Shown: positions 30,024-40,037, counted from the stretch's first letter. The stretch is DNA of 64,000 nt from an uncultured Candidatus Saccharibacteria bacterium (GCA_964611205.1 CAZSZB010000002.1:10609-74608); one strand, 5' to 3'. Numbers and translations are program-made. The notes: a model not told the origin generated them from the letters alone.

Positions 30024-30755
30024 ATGATGTGCCGACAAAACAAAGTTATGTCTAAAGAAATACGGATAAATAAAAGATTAGCTGAACTAGGACTATGTTC
30101 CAGACGTGAGGGCGATGACCTAATAAGTAGGGGCCAAGTTTTAGTGAACGGAAAGAAGGCTGTTATGGGTGAGAAGGTATCAGAACGAGACAAAATCGAA
30201 ATTAAAGGCAAACAAATTGAGAAGAAATATCTGGCTTATTATAAAGGTCGCGGCATAATCACCCACTCACCTAGTGAAAATGAAGTTGATATAGCGACTA
30301 GGTTAAAGAAAGACTACAAATTAGAAGACGTGTATCCTATTGGGCGTTTAGACAAAGATTCCGAAGGTCTAATAATCCTAACTAACGATGGTCGTATTAC
30401 TGCTCCACTACTAGATCCTGAAAATAATATCGCCAAAACATATGAGGTGGAAGTCGACAAGCCAGTTAGTAACTTTTTACTTAAACACCTTCAAGCCGGA
30501 GTAAATATTGAGGGTTATGTAACCAAACCAGCTCTAGCTGAGAAAAAATCAGACAAACACTTTCTACTCACTATCTCCGAGGGAAAAAAGCACCAAATTA
30601 GGCGCATGTGTATTGCTTTGGGTTTTCAGGTACAAACTTTAAAGCGTCTAAAGATTGCTAACATCGAGTTAGGGAAACTTAAACCTAATCAATACCGAAA
30701 ACTCACTGGGGAAGAACTTGGTGATTTATTTGCTATTTTAAATATTAAAAACTAG
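30024..30755 (+). CDS. RsuA/RluB-family rRNA pseudouridine synthase (S4 domain + catalytic domain)
   Basis: 243 aa. S4 RNA-binding region (RINKRLAELGLCSRREGDDLISRGQV.VNGK). Catalytic Asp motif GRLDKDSEGL. The true start may be the internal Met at 30051. Confidence 0.8.
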   Translation: MMCRQNKVMSKEIRINKRLAELGLCSRREGDDLISRGQVLVNGKKAVMGEKVSERDKIEIKGKQIEKKYLAYYKGRGIITHSPSENEVDIATRLKKDYKLEDVYPIGRLDKDSEGLIILTNDGRITAPLLDPENNIAKTYEVEVDKPVSNFLLKHLQAGVNIEGYVTKPALAEKKSDKHFLLTISEGKKHQIRRMCIALGFQVQTLKRLKIANIELGKLKPNQYRKLTGEELGDLFAILNIKN

Positions 30756-30756
30756 A

Positions 30757-31023
30757 TTAACTTCTAATCAGTTTTTCTTTCTCACTTTTAGTTAGTTTTT
30801 TCCAGGCTGCTTCTTTGGTAGCAGCAGCTGATTTGTCTGAGCATCGTGTTTGGTAGACTAACTCTACTGGTCTCCTCACCCTTGTATATTTAGATCCTTT
30901 ATCCTTACCAGTCCCTAACCCATTATGCTCGGTTAATCTTCTATCTAAATCAGTCGTAATACCTGTGTACAAGGTCTCATCTGAGCAACGCACCATATAA
31001 ACAAACCACTTACTCTTAGACAT
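30757..31023 (-). CDS. stand-alone GIY-YIG nuclease-domain protein (UPF0213/YhbQ-like)
   Basis: 88 aa. WFVYMVRC.D.TLYTGITTDL.RRL.EHN motif. Confidence 0.75.
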   Translation of the reverse strand: MSKSKWFVYMVRCSDETLYTGITTDLDRRLTEHNGLGTGKDKGSKYTRVRRPVELVYQTRCSDKSAAATKEAAWKKLTKSEKEKLIRS

Positions 31024-31028
31024 AAACG

Positions 31029-31607
31029 TTATTCTGTACGAGGAAACCAGTCAATTAACAACGCTCGTAAACTAAAGGATAGTTCTGCTTCCACGTTTTC
31101 AATAGCCATCATTTCCCACAAATCTAATAATTCTTTATATAACGGAGTATTGTAGAATCTCGTCCCGCAGGAATTAAGTTCGTAAGCTATTCCGTCTAAT
31201 ATCACATTGTAGCGATAACCAATCCCATTGTCGGTGGTCTGACAATAAGGACCTGGTTTTTGTAACTCTAAAAGATCTAACTTTTTAACCATATTCTTCA
31301 ATTTATCGAATTCGGCTCGAGGTATATAACCAGTTACAGGTTCGGGAGTTGGTTCAGTTAAAGAATGAGCTCCTATATAGCGATATTTTCGGTTAGACAA
31401 TAATTCAAAAGACGGACAGACTACTCCTGCCATACCGCACACACCTTCCTGCTCAGCTCTAATAGCAAATGAATTATCTAAAACATTTTCATCTACTGGA
31501 ATCTCATTATTATAATTAGGAGCAAAACCAGTTACATAAACATAGAAGCCAGAAAATAAACCAATCGCAAAAGTAAATGCCAGTACAAAAATTTGTTGTT
31601 TTGTCAT
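31029..31607 (-). CDS. hypothetical membrane-anchored protein
   Basis: 192 aa. N-terminal TM. Cys-containing extracytoplasmic region. Confidence 0.4.
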   Translation of the reverse strand: MTKQQIFVLAFTFAIGLFSGFYVYVTGFAPNYNNEIPVDENVLDNSFAIRAEQEGVCGMAGVVCPSFELLSNRKYRYIGAHSLTEPTPEPVTGYIPRAEFDKLKNMVKKLDLLELQKPGPYCQTTDNGIGYRYNVILDGIAYELNSCGTRFYNTPLYKELLDLWEMMAIENVEAELSFSLRALLIDWFPRTE

Positions 31608-31705
31608 TTTTTAAATTATAACCTGTTTAAATCAACTAAACATATCATATCTACATTTCTTTAATAAAATCGCAATACAAGTTATGATAGTCTCGCACAA
31701 ATACT

Positions 31706-31867
31706 GAGAGATGGCTAAGTGGAGCAAAAGTGAAGTGTTTCACTTTTGCTCCGGTCTTCGAACGAAGTGAGAAGATTGGCCGTTGTGAGCGAATGAGAAC
31801 AGGCCAAAGGAGGAAACGTAGTCGAACGCCTAATGAAGAACAAGCGTTCTTACAAAAACAAGTATAT
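31706..31867 (+). repeat. tRNA-Ser 5'-end-initiated repeat unit C1
   Basis: Begins GAGAGATGGCTAAGTGG, a copy of the tRNA-Ser 5' end. A 14 bp hairpin follows (GGAGCAAAAGTGAA-GTGT-TTCACTTTTGCTCC). Then GGTCTTCGAAC. It shares GTTGTGAG and AGGAGGAAAC with unit C2. Ends in a small hairpin. Confidence 0.5.
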
Positions 31868-32029
31868 GGAGAGATGGCTGAGTGGATGAAAAGCAAACTG
31901 CTTTGCTTTTCATCCGGTTTGCGAACCTGAGAGCAAAAAGGTCGTTGTGAGTTTACGAGCAGACCTTAGGAGGAAACCGAATCGAATGCTTATAATACAA
32001 TAAAGCATTACGTAAAAAAACAAATATAC
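31868..32029 (+). repeat. tRNA-Ser 5'-end-initiated repeat unit C2
   Basis: Begins GGAGAGATGGCTGAGTGG. The 14 bp hairpin GGATGAAAAGCAAA-CTG-CTTTGCTTTTCATCC co-varies with the C1 stem. GGTTTGCGAACC, GTTGTGAG and AGGAGGAAAC motifs shared with C1. Confidence 0.5.
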
Positions 32030-32123
32030 GGAGAGATGGCTGAGTGGATGTAATTGTCTGGGAGACAATTACATCCGACCAGAGGGAGGTGGACGAACTT
32101 GTTCGACCCGAAGCCATCTCTTC
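32030..32123 (+). repeat. tRNA-Ser 5'-end-initiated element C3 with a TGGGAG-loop hairpin and closing inverted repeat
   Basis: GGAGAGATGGCT-GAGT. Then the hairpin GGATGTAATTGTC-TGGGAG-ACAATTACATCC. Then ..GGACGAAC-TTG-TTCGACC... Then AGCCATCTCTTC. The ends are an 11-12 nt inverted repeat of the tRNA-Ser 5' end. The loop is the same YGGGAG as in elements A2, B and C4. Confidence 0.55.
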
Positions 32124-32136
32124 AAAAAGAAATAAC

Positions 32137-32223
32137 GGAGAGATGGCTGAGCGGTCGAAGGCGCACGCTTGGAAAGCGTGTGAGGGTTTACGCCCTCCGG
32201 GGGTTCGAATCCCCCTCTCTCCG
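32137..32223 (+). tRNA. tRNA-Ser (anticodon GGA), type II with long variable arm
   Basis: 87 nt. Acceptor GGAGAGA/TCTCTCC. Anticodon arm CACGC-TTGGAAA-GCGTG. Variable arm TGAGGGTTTACGCCCTCC. T-arm GGGGG-TTCGAAT-CCCCC. CCA not encoded. Confidence 0.9.
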
Positions 32224-32230
32224 CGAATAC

Positions 32231-32262
32231 AAAATAGCACCCTTTTTGGGGTGCTTATTTTG
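32231..32262 (+). terminator. terminator-like hairpin immediately after tRNA-Ser
   Basis: AAAATAGCACCC-TTTTT-GGGGTGCT followed by TATTTTGTT. Confidence 0.6.
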
Positions 32263-32265
32263 TTC

Positions 32266-32397
32266 GCGGAGAGAGGAGTAACTGTCTGGGAGACAGTTAC
32301 GTGGGATTCGAAAAGCTTTTGAGCTATTTTCAAGCTGGCGTAGAAAATAGCCAAAAGGTATACAGTCCATGTAATGGACGAATCCCCCTCTCTCCGC
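32266..32397 (+). repeat. tRNA-linked hairpin element C4, built on the tRNA-Ser 3' end
   Basis: GCGGAGAGAGG-AG. Then GTAACTGTC-TGGGAG-ACAGTTAC. Then GTGGGATTCGAAAAG-CTTTTGAGC. Then hairpin TATTTTC..GAAAATA. Then GCCAAAAGG. Then hairpin GTCCAT-GTA-ATGGAC. Ends GAATCCCCCTCTCTCCGC, copying the tRNA-Ser 3' end. Same architecture as A2 and B. Confidence 0.6.
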
Positions 32398-32474
32398 TAA
32401 ATTAAAAACCCCCATATTGCCAATTAATCTAGCGGGGGTACTATAGTGAGTAATACAAAATAATAAATTTTATT

Positions 32475-32957
32475 ATGAAATTAGTCTATGTGTCTTTGGT
32501 GGTTGTCATTATATTCATTGTCGGGGTTTTTACCTTCAGCAATTATTTAGATTTCAACACAAATACTGATAACGATACTAAATCAACCGAAATTGAAGAG
32601 GAAACTCCTAATGTGGACGAGGTTGATGAAGATTTAATCTTAGTCACTAATCCAGAACCAAATACAGTGGTAGATAACCCAATTACCATAACCGGTGAAG
32701 CCAGGGGATACTGGTTTTTTGAAGCTTCCTTCCCTATCGTAGTGACAGATTGGAAAGGTTTAATAATTGGTGAAGGTTATGCAACAGCTGACAGTGACTG
32801 GATGACTGAAGACTACGTACCTTTTACAGCTACAGTCTCTTATGATCTACCAGCCGATACTCCTTATATGCGAGGCTATCTTATTTTAATGAAGGACAAT
32901 CCTTCAGGTTTACCAGAACATGACGCGGCTATAGATATCCCCATTCTCTTTGAATAG
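32475..32957 (+). CDS. hypothetical secreted or membrane-anchored protein (possible Ig-like beta-sandwich)
   Basis: 160 aa. N-terminal TM/signal helix. Acidic low-complexity linker. C-terminal beta-rich domain. Confidence 0.45.
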   Translation: MKLVYVSLVVVIIFIVGVFTFSNYLDFNTNTDNDTKSTEIEEETPNVDEVDEDLILVTNPEPNTVVDNPITITGEARGYWFFEASFPIVVTDWKGLIIGEGYATADSDWMTEDYVPFTATVSYDLPADTPYMRGYLILMKDNPSGLPEHDAAIDIPILFE

Positions 32958-32991
32958 AAACTACACTTAATAATCTTCTTTTAAGAAATCA

Positions 32992-35328
32992 CTATAAACC
33001 AGGCTCCTCTATTCGAAGTCCAACATTAGAAACTGCTGACGGAGTATGAGCGGTGATCCTCTTTACTAAAGAGAAATCATGAGCGTCGTACACTTCTATT
33101 TCATTAGCAGTCTGCGAGACGACATAAACATATTTACCATCAAAGGTAAATTCAGGGTGCCAAGAACTTTCCCCGGCCACAGGTATTATTGTCTTAACTA
33201 TCTTATTAGTACGGGCATCAATTACATAAATTTCGTCGTGATGATCACCAAATGCAGTATCGGCCCAAACATACGGATAGTCAGGGTTTTTGTGGTAGGA
33301 TCGAATAAATAAACCTGGACCAGCTGTTTCAATATAAGCGATGGGCTTCCAGATCTTGGTATCGATAGCAGTGATTAGACCTTCTCCAATAGCTGGTACA
33401 TAAGTAGTGGTTCCCCAAGTAGCTCCCGGTCCAGTGTGTGGAGTATCACCGGTTTGTACCTCGGCTACTTCAGTCCATGTTTTAGTATCTAAAACCCAGA
33501 CTTTATTTGCTCCCATAGCCGCAACTATATAAAAGTTACCATCAGGAGTTAAGTAAGCATCATGTAAAGGGGTTTCATTTCCTCCGATATTCCAATATTT
33601 GTTTTTTACTGGAAATGATTCATCTGTTGCGTCAATAACCCAAACACTGTTTAAATCCTTTAGAGCCACAATAATGCTGCTACCCTTTTGAACTACTGCC
33701 CCTACTCTAGATTCTACTTTTTCACCATTCAGTTCTCCAGTAGTAGGGATGGTTTTAAGAATTTTCATTGTCTTAGCATCAATTATTACCACATTACCGG
33801 GTGCGTAATTTCCAATAGCCAAATATTTTCCATCATCTGTAAGAGCGGTGCCTCGAGAGTTGTCTCCTACATCGATACTAATGACAGGATTGAAGGTATC
33901 TAAATCAACTTTGGTCAACCAACCATCGCGCGAAATAATGTACATATATTTTGCATCAGGTGAAAAGACAGAAGTGTGTGGTTGGAAGCCAATATCATGA
34001 ATACGACCTAACTCATTATGAGTTCGGCCATCAAGAAATAATAATTTCTCTGCATCCTTCTCTACTACCATCATTAATTCCCGATTATCCCAACTACCGG
34101 CCTCAACATATAATTCTGCATAAGGTTTTAATTGGGTCTTTTTTTCAACCGGATTACCATCTGGGACAATTGTTACCCCCTCATCGATTCTTCCTATATA
34201 CATCCGCATCATCTTATCGCTGACTCCACTACCATGATTACGATGATAGTTGATACTGGCGTCAGTACCACAATTAAAAGCGGCCGGATGAAGCTTGGCT
34301 TCAGGAGTAGCATCAAAGACCATATTATCTATCACTAACCAGCAACTATCCTTGGTATTGTTACTTTGAACTTCACTAAAATCAAAACCGACGCTTCCGA
34401 TGTGATAAGAGCGCACTCTGTCGCTAATACCATCAGGACTCATTTCTTGGTAAGCGGTTGTTATATCTTTACCACATTCATATAATTCCGGATATTTCTC
34501 AGCCGCAGGAGTAACATCGTATACTTCACCGGCTATCACCACCCAACATTCTTCTATATTGGATCGCTTAGCTACCTCAGAGAGAGGGAAAGTCGGATAA
34601 ACAGTAGCGCCGGTCACTTCTTCAGATGACTTTTCTATTTTTGAATCGCTATTTTTAAAAACAACAAAATAATAAGTCGAAAGTGTAATTGCTAATAAAA
34701 TTATTAAAAAACCACCAACTTTATATATAGTATTCTTTTGTATTTTATTTAAAATACGACTAATGACAGAAATATAGAGATATCCTATAAACAACAAAGC
34801 TAAGAAATATAGCGATATGGCTAACCAGAAGCTTATTTCAGCTCGAAACAAAGCGTGATGAACCACCAAAAATAACCAGGATACTATTGAAACAATTACA
34901 CTGATAGCAAAATAAGTAGCTATATTTTTGTCTATTTCTTTTTCTTTCTTATCATCTAGCTTAGACTTAACTGCCGGCAGTAACCAGTAGTGAACCAGAA
35001 AAGTATTAATTACCAAGATCAGAGCCACCACCATGCTGGCCTGAAAGATTCCCAGTCTGAGCATAGCTTCATACGACATTGTAAATAAACCGATGCCGAA
35101 AAAAGCATAAAGTAACAAACCTGCCCAAACAACTGTATAGCTACCATTTATAATGTGATACTCATCACTTGATATATGACGGTCTTTTAAAACAGTAAGT
35201 AACGACATCCCGTTTAAAAGAGTGGCGCCGGCTCCGATAGCTAAACCAATAGAAAAAAATATTAAATAAATGTCATGCAAACTGACAACAGAAAAAATGC
35301 TCATACTGCACACAATTATAGCAAACAA
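32992..35328 (-). CDS. large polytopic membrane protein with two degenerate cytochrome-b5-like repeats and a C-terminal YVTN-type beta-propeller
   Basis: 778 aa. About 8 N-terminal TM helices. Two repeats resemble the b5 fold start (ECWVVIAGEVYDVTP.. and SCWLVIDNMVFDATP..) but lack the HPGG/His ligands. C-terminal ~400 aa has repeated beta-propeller blade patterns (YVxxxxxxxIxVID..T.K). Confidence 0.55.
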   Translation of the reverse strand: MFAIIVCSMSIFSVVSLHDIYLIFFSIGLAIGAGATLLNGMSLLTVLKDRHISSDEYHIINGSYTVVWAGLLLYAFFGIGLFTMSYEAMLRLGIFQASMVVALILVINTFLVHYWLLPAVKSKLDDKKEKEIDKNIATYFAISVIVSIVSWLFLVVHHALFRAEISFWLAISLYFLALLFIGYLYISVISRILNKIQKNTIYKVGGFLIILLAITLSTYYFVVFKNSDSKIEKSSEEVTGATVYPTFPLSEVAKRSNIEECWVVIAGEVYDVTPAAEKYPELYECGKDITTAYQEMSPDGISDRVRSYHIGSVGFDFSEVQSNNTKDSCWLVIDNMVFDATPEAKLHPAAFNCGTDASINYHRNHGSGVSDKMMRMYIGRIDEGVTIVPDGNPVEKKTQLKPYAELYVEAGSWDNRELMMVVEKDAEKLLFLDGRTHNELGRIHDIGFQPHTSVFSPDAKYMYIISRDGWLTKVDLDTFNPVISIDVGDNSRGTALTDDGKYLAIGNYAPGNVVIIDAKTMKILKTIPTTGELNGEKVESRVGAVVQKGSSIIVALKDLNSVWVIDATDESFPVKNKYWNIGGNETPLHDAYLTPDGNFYIVAAMGANKVWVLDTKTWTEVAEVQTGDTPHTGPGATWGTTTYVPAIGEGLITAIDTKIWKPIAYIETAGPGLFIRSYHKNPDYPYVWADTAFGDHHDEIYVIDARTNKIVKTIIPVAGESSWHPEFTFDGKYVYVVSQTANEIEVYDAHDFSLVKRITAHTPSAVSNVGLRIEEPGL

Positions 35329-35377
35329 CTTCTACAAATAAGTAAACTAACCTGCCGATAACTAACAATCTACCTAC

Positions 35378-35953
35378 CTAGGACTTACGATGTCCTAGGT
35401 TAGTTTTTTTCCAGCAGCTGACTAGATGATCGTCAACCAGACCAACCGCTTGCATATAAGCGTACATAATTGTGCCACCGACAAAAGTCATACCACGTTT
35501 TTTAAGATCTCGGGCCAAAGCTTTACTTTCAGGGATGTTGGTAGGAATTTCTGCAGCAGAGCGCCAATGATTGATGATTTGTTTTCCGTCGACAAATTGC
35601 CAAAGATAAGTACTAAAAGTACCAAACTCTTTTTGTATCTCAATAAAAATTTTGGCGTTGGTACGAACCGAAAAAATCTTTAATCGGTTGCGTATAATTC
35701 TCTCATCTTTTTGTAAAGACAGTAATTCCCCATCAGTCATCTGAGCTATTTTGACAACATTAAAATTATGAAAAGCTTTTTTATAACCGGCCCGTTTTTT
35801 AAGTACTGTTTCCCAAGATAAACCTGCTTGCGCACCTTCAAGGACCAAAAACTCGAAGAGTTTTTGGTCCTTGAAAACTGGCACACCCCACTCTGTATCG
35901 TGATAGTTTTTCATGTGCTCTTTATCTCCAACCCATGGACAACGATTCTTCAT
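35378..35953 (-). CDS. tag: DNA-3-methyladenine glycosylase I
   Basis: 191 aa. Tag-family blocks (CPW.....Y..YHD.EWG.P; LEG.QAGLSW..VL.KR..Y; zinc-ligand Cys/His positions). Confidence 0.8.
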   Translation of the reverse strand: MKNRCPWVGDKEHMKNYHDTEWGVPVFKDQKLFEFLVLEGAQAGLSWETVLKKRAGYKKAFHNFNVVKIAQMTDGELLSLQKDERIIRNRLKIFSVRTNAKIFIEIQKEFGTFSTYLWQFVDGKQIINHWRSAAEIPTNIPESKALARDLKKRGMTFVGGTIMYAYMQAVGLVDDHLVSCWKKTNLGHRKS

Positions 35954-36139
35954 ATTTATTGATATACCAACTGACCAGCACTTCTTTCAGAAGCTGTTCA
36001 GGTTGTCGCTATTCTTTACAGAACAGCTGGCAACCTTCTACAACAGTCCCACTCTTTATCACGATAATGAGCATAGATTTCTTTTCCTGGTTTATTACCA
36101 AAACATCAACATCTTTATCTATTATTTAATTATAGGTCA

Positions 36140-37033
36140 TTAACCTATATCCATGCCTCGTAATTTTGCCACCCGGTCAGCAGCCGGTGGATGAGTTTGA
36201 AAAAGTCCTCCAATTTTTTGCATAATGCCGCGACTTCCTTTGTAAGGATCTGAAATAAATAGATGAGCAGTGGCAGTAGATGCGTGTTTCAACGGTCTTG
36301 GATCTGCAGAAATTTTTTCCAAAGCTGAAGCTAGGCCTTCAGGATAACGGGTCAATAATGCTCCAGTGGCGTCTGCTAGATATTCTCGTTTTCTTGAGAC
36401 TGCCATTTGTATTAATTTTGCAGCCAAAGGAGCTAAAATAATTCCCACCAATCCCAAGATCATAAACCAGGGTGAACCTTTACGGTCATCATTACTAAAA
36501 TAAAGACTTCTAGTAAGAAGATCAGCTAAAATTGCTACAAAACCAGCCAGTACCACAGCCACGGTCATCACTAACATATCGCGATTACCGATATGAGCCA
36601 TTTCGTGAGCTACCACCCCCTCTAATTCGTTGCGGTCTAATATCTGTAACAGACCAGTGGTAACCGCTACTACAGCGTGTTCTGGATTACGTCCGGTAGC
36701 AAATGCGTTTGGTGATGGATCGTTGACTATATATACCGCTGGCATTGGTAGCCCGGCCGTGATAGCTAGGTTTTCTACCACATTGAACAGTTCCCTGTTA
36801 CTTTCTAGAGTAGCTGGTTTAGCATTAGTCATTTTTAATACTAACTTGTCCGAAAACCAGTAACTACCAACATTCATCACTAAGGCAAAGATAATCGCTA
36901 AATATAAAATAGCTGAATTTCCCAAATACCAAGCCACCGCGTAACCAATGGCTATCACCATCACTAAAAACACAGTCATTAACAACCAAGTCTTACGGAT
37001 ATTTTTAGCTTGTTGTGTATACAGGGTTGCCAT
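36140..37033 (-). CDS. htpX: HtpX-family M48 zinc metalloprotease
   Basis: 297 aa. HEXXH motif (VAHEMAHIGNRD). Multiple TM helices. Typical HtpX arrangement. Confidence 0.85.
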   Translation of the reverse strand: MATLYTQQAKNIRKTWLLMTVFLVMVIAIGYAVAWYLGNSAILYLAIIFALVMNVGSYWFSDKLVLKMTNAKPATLESNRELFNVVENLAITAGLPMPAVYIVNDPSPNAFATGRNPEHAVVAVTTGLLQILDRNELEGVVAHEMAHIGNRDMLVMTVAVVLAGFVAILADLLTRSLYFSNDDRKGSPWFMILGLVGIILAPLAAKLIQMAVSRKREYLADATGALLTRYPEGLASALEKISADPRPLKHASTATAHLFISDPYKGSRGIMQKIGGLFQTHPPAADRVAKLRGMDIG

Positions 37034-37039
37034 TTTCTT

Positions 37040-37624
37040 CTAGAAACTCACTTTCACCACCTCTCTCTCAACTGATCCTTCTTCTAATTCAAAATATTCT
37101 TCCTCCTTAAAGCCAAACATATTTCCAACTATGTTACTTGGAAAAGATTGTAATTTAATAGCTAAATCTCGAACATTTGTATTGTAAAAACGTCGAGCTG
37201 CTTGAATCTTATTTTCAGTATCAGATAATTCTGTTTGTAATTGAGAAAAGTTTTGACTAGCCTTTAAATCTGGATACGCTTCAGCCACCGCTAACAACTT
37301 ACTTAAAGCTCCTGACAAAGCATCTTCTGCCCCAGCCATAGCTGTAATTTGCTCTGGTGTGATGTTAGCAGGATCGACATGAATTCTGGTCGCTTCAGCT
37401 CTAGCCTGTGTCACAGCCTCTAGTGTCTCACGCTCATGGGACATATAACCCTTTACAGATTCAATGAGGTTGGGAATCAGATCATAACGACGTTTTAGTT
37501 GGACATCTATATCTGCCCAAGCTTCTTTTGTTCTCTGTGTTAAACGAACAAAACCGTTATAAGCAGCAATTGTCCACACAGCGATTATCGCTGATACGGC
37601 TACTACAATCCATAGTGCAATCAT
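37040..37624 (-). CDS. lemA: LemA-family membrane protein
   Basis: 194 aa. Single N-terminal TM. Conserved LemA region (..AWADIDVQLKRRYDLIPNL..). Confidence 0.8.
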   Translation of the reverse strand: MIALWIVVAVSAIIAVWTIAAYNGFVRLTQRTKEAWADIDVQLKRRYDLIPNLIESVKGYMSHERETLEAVTQARAEATRIHVDPANITPEQITAMAGAEDALSGALSKLLAVAEAYPDLKASQNFSQLQTELSDTENKIQAARRFYNTNVRDLAIKLQSFPSNIVGNMFGFKEEEYFELEEGSVEREVVKVSF

Positions 37625-37725
37625 ATAATTTGTAAATTATTTATCTTATTTAATTATCTATAATTATAACAAATATTTGCTTTTTTGGCAGAAAAGTCTA
37701 AAGTTGTAAAAAAGGAGGAAACAAG

Positions 37726-37980
37726 ATGACAAAATTTGTGGCCTTTGGATCTTTGGAAAACGGTGCAGAATTTTTGGCAGAGGATAAGAGGTGGCGCAAA
37801 ATACAAGGTGATCTTTTTCACAACGCTATCACTGTGGAAAGCAGAAGGTTATTTGAAGCTTTTCGTTTTGATGCAAGGAGGTTGGTCCAGCTACCTAGTC
37901 AGGAGTCAAATATTCTGTACTTCCCATCTCGGGCACTAATAGTGTCCAGACATCATGCTAAGGGCGGCGAATCAACGTAA
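37726..37980 (+). CDS. small hypothetical protein with a consensus ribosome-binding site
   Basis: 84 aa ORF. AAGGAGG sits 7 nt upstream of the ATG. A strong hairpin terminator follows immediately. It occupies an otherwise empty ~415 nt gap between lemA and groEL. Confidence 0.55.
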   Translation: MTKFVAFGSLENGAEFLAEDKRWRKIQGDLFHNAITVESRRLFEAFRFDARRLVQLPSQESNILYFPSRALIVSRHHAKGGEST

Positions 37981-37990
37981 GAACCAAAGG

Positions 37991-38021
37991 AAAAGGGCGA
38001 TGATTCGCCCTTTTTCTTTTT
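37991..38021 (+). terminator. rho-independent terminator of the small gene
   Basis: AAGGGCGA-TGAT-TCGCCCTT followed by TTTCTTTTTC. Confidence 0.7.
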
Positions 38022-38039
38022 CTAATCTATTTTATATTG

Positions 38040-39704
<1,665 letters not shown>

Positions 39705-39710
39705 TTAAAT

Positions 39711-40037
39711 TTAGCCAATAATCCCCAATACATCAGCTTCTGATACTACCCAGTATTCCGCTTTATCAATCTCGACTTTTTCACTCCAACTTTTAAAAAG
39801 TACTCGGTCTCCTATTTGAACCTCAATCTTAATATGATTACCTGAGTCGTCTTTTGCGCCAGGCCCAACCGCTACCACCACACCCTGGTCACCTTTTTCC
39901 TTAGCTACTGAATCAGGAATAATAATGCCAGAAACTGATGTGTTTCCAGATTCCTCATCAGTTAATGGGCGAATTACAATTTTGTCACCTAACGGTTTTA
40001 TTTTCACATCTGACATACAAAATTTAAATATTATCAA
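39711..40037 (-). CDS. groES: co-chaperonin GroES (Hsp10)
   Basis: 108 aa. IKPLGD..V.R mobile-loop region. Lies 9 nt upstream of groEL. Confidence 0.9.
   Translation of the reverse strand: MIIFKFCMSDVKIKPLGDKIVIRPLTDEESGNTSVSGIIIPDSVAKEKGDQGVVVAVGPGAKDDSGNHIKIEVQIGDRVLFKSWSEKVEIDKAEYWVVSEADVLGIIG

Noticed and set aside
31820-31900. RBS-like AGGAGGAAAC motifs inside repeat units C1 and C2, suggesting tiny peptides.
   Set aside because: The downstream ATGs are 13-20 nt away and open only 5-18 codon frames. More likely part of the conserved repeat sequence than translation signals.
31651-32415. Six-frame ORFs overlapping the tRNA-Ser repeat array: 31651..31896(-), 31730..31930(+), 31953..32354(-), 32044..32322(+), 32054..32281(+), 32188..32415(-).
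   Set aside because: They overlap a bona fide tRNA and the structured repeat units on both strands. They have no RBS and are mutually overlapping. Open frames here are explained by the repeat structure, not by coding.
35377-35410. Strong hairpin CCTAGGAC-TTACGATG-GTCCTAGG followed by TTAGTTTTTTT; looks like a plus-strand terminator.
   Set aside because: It lies inside the last codons of the minus-strand tag gene. There is no plus-strand gene upstream. On the minus strand there is no T-run after it. Probably coincidental or a weak bidirectional structure.
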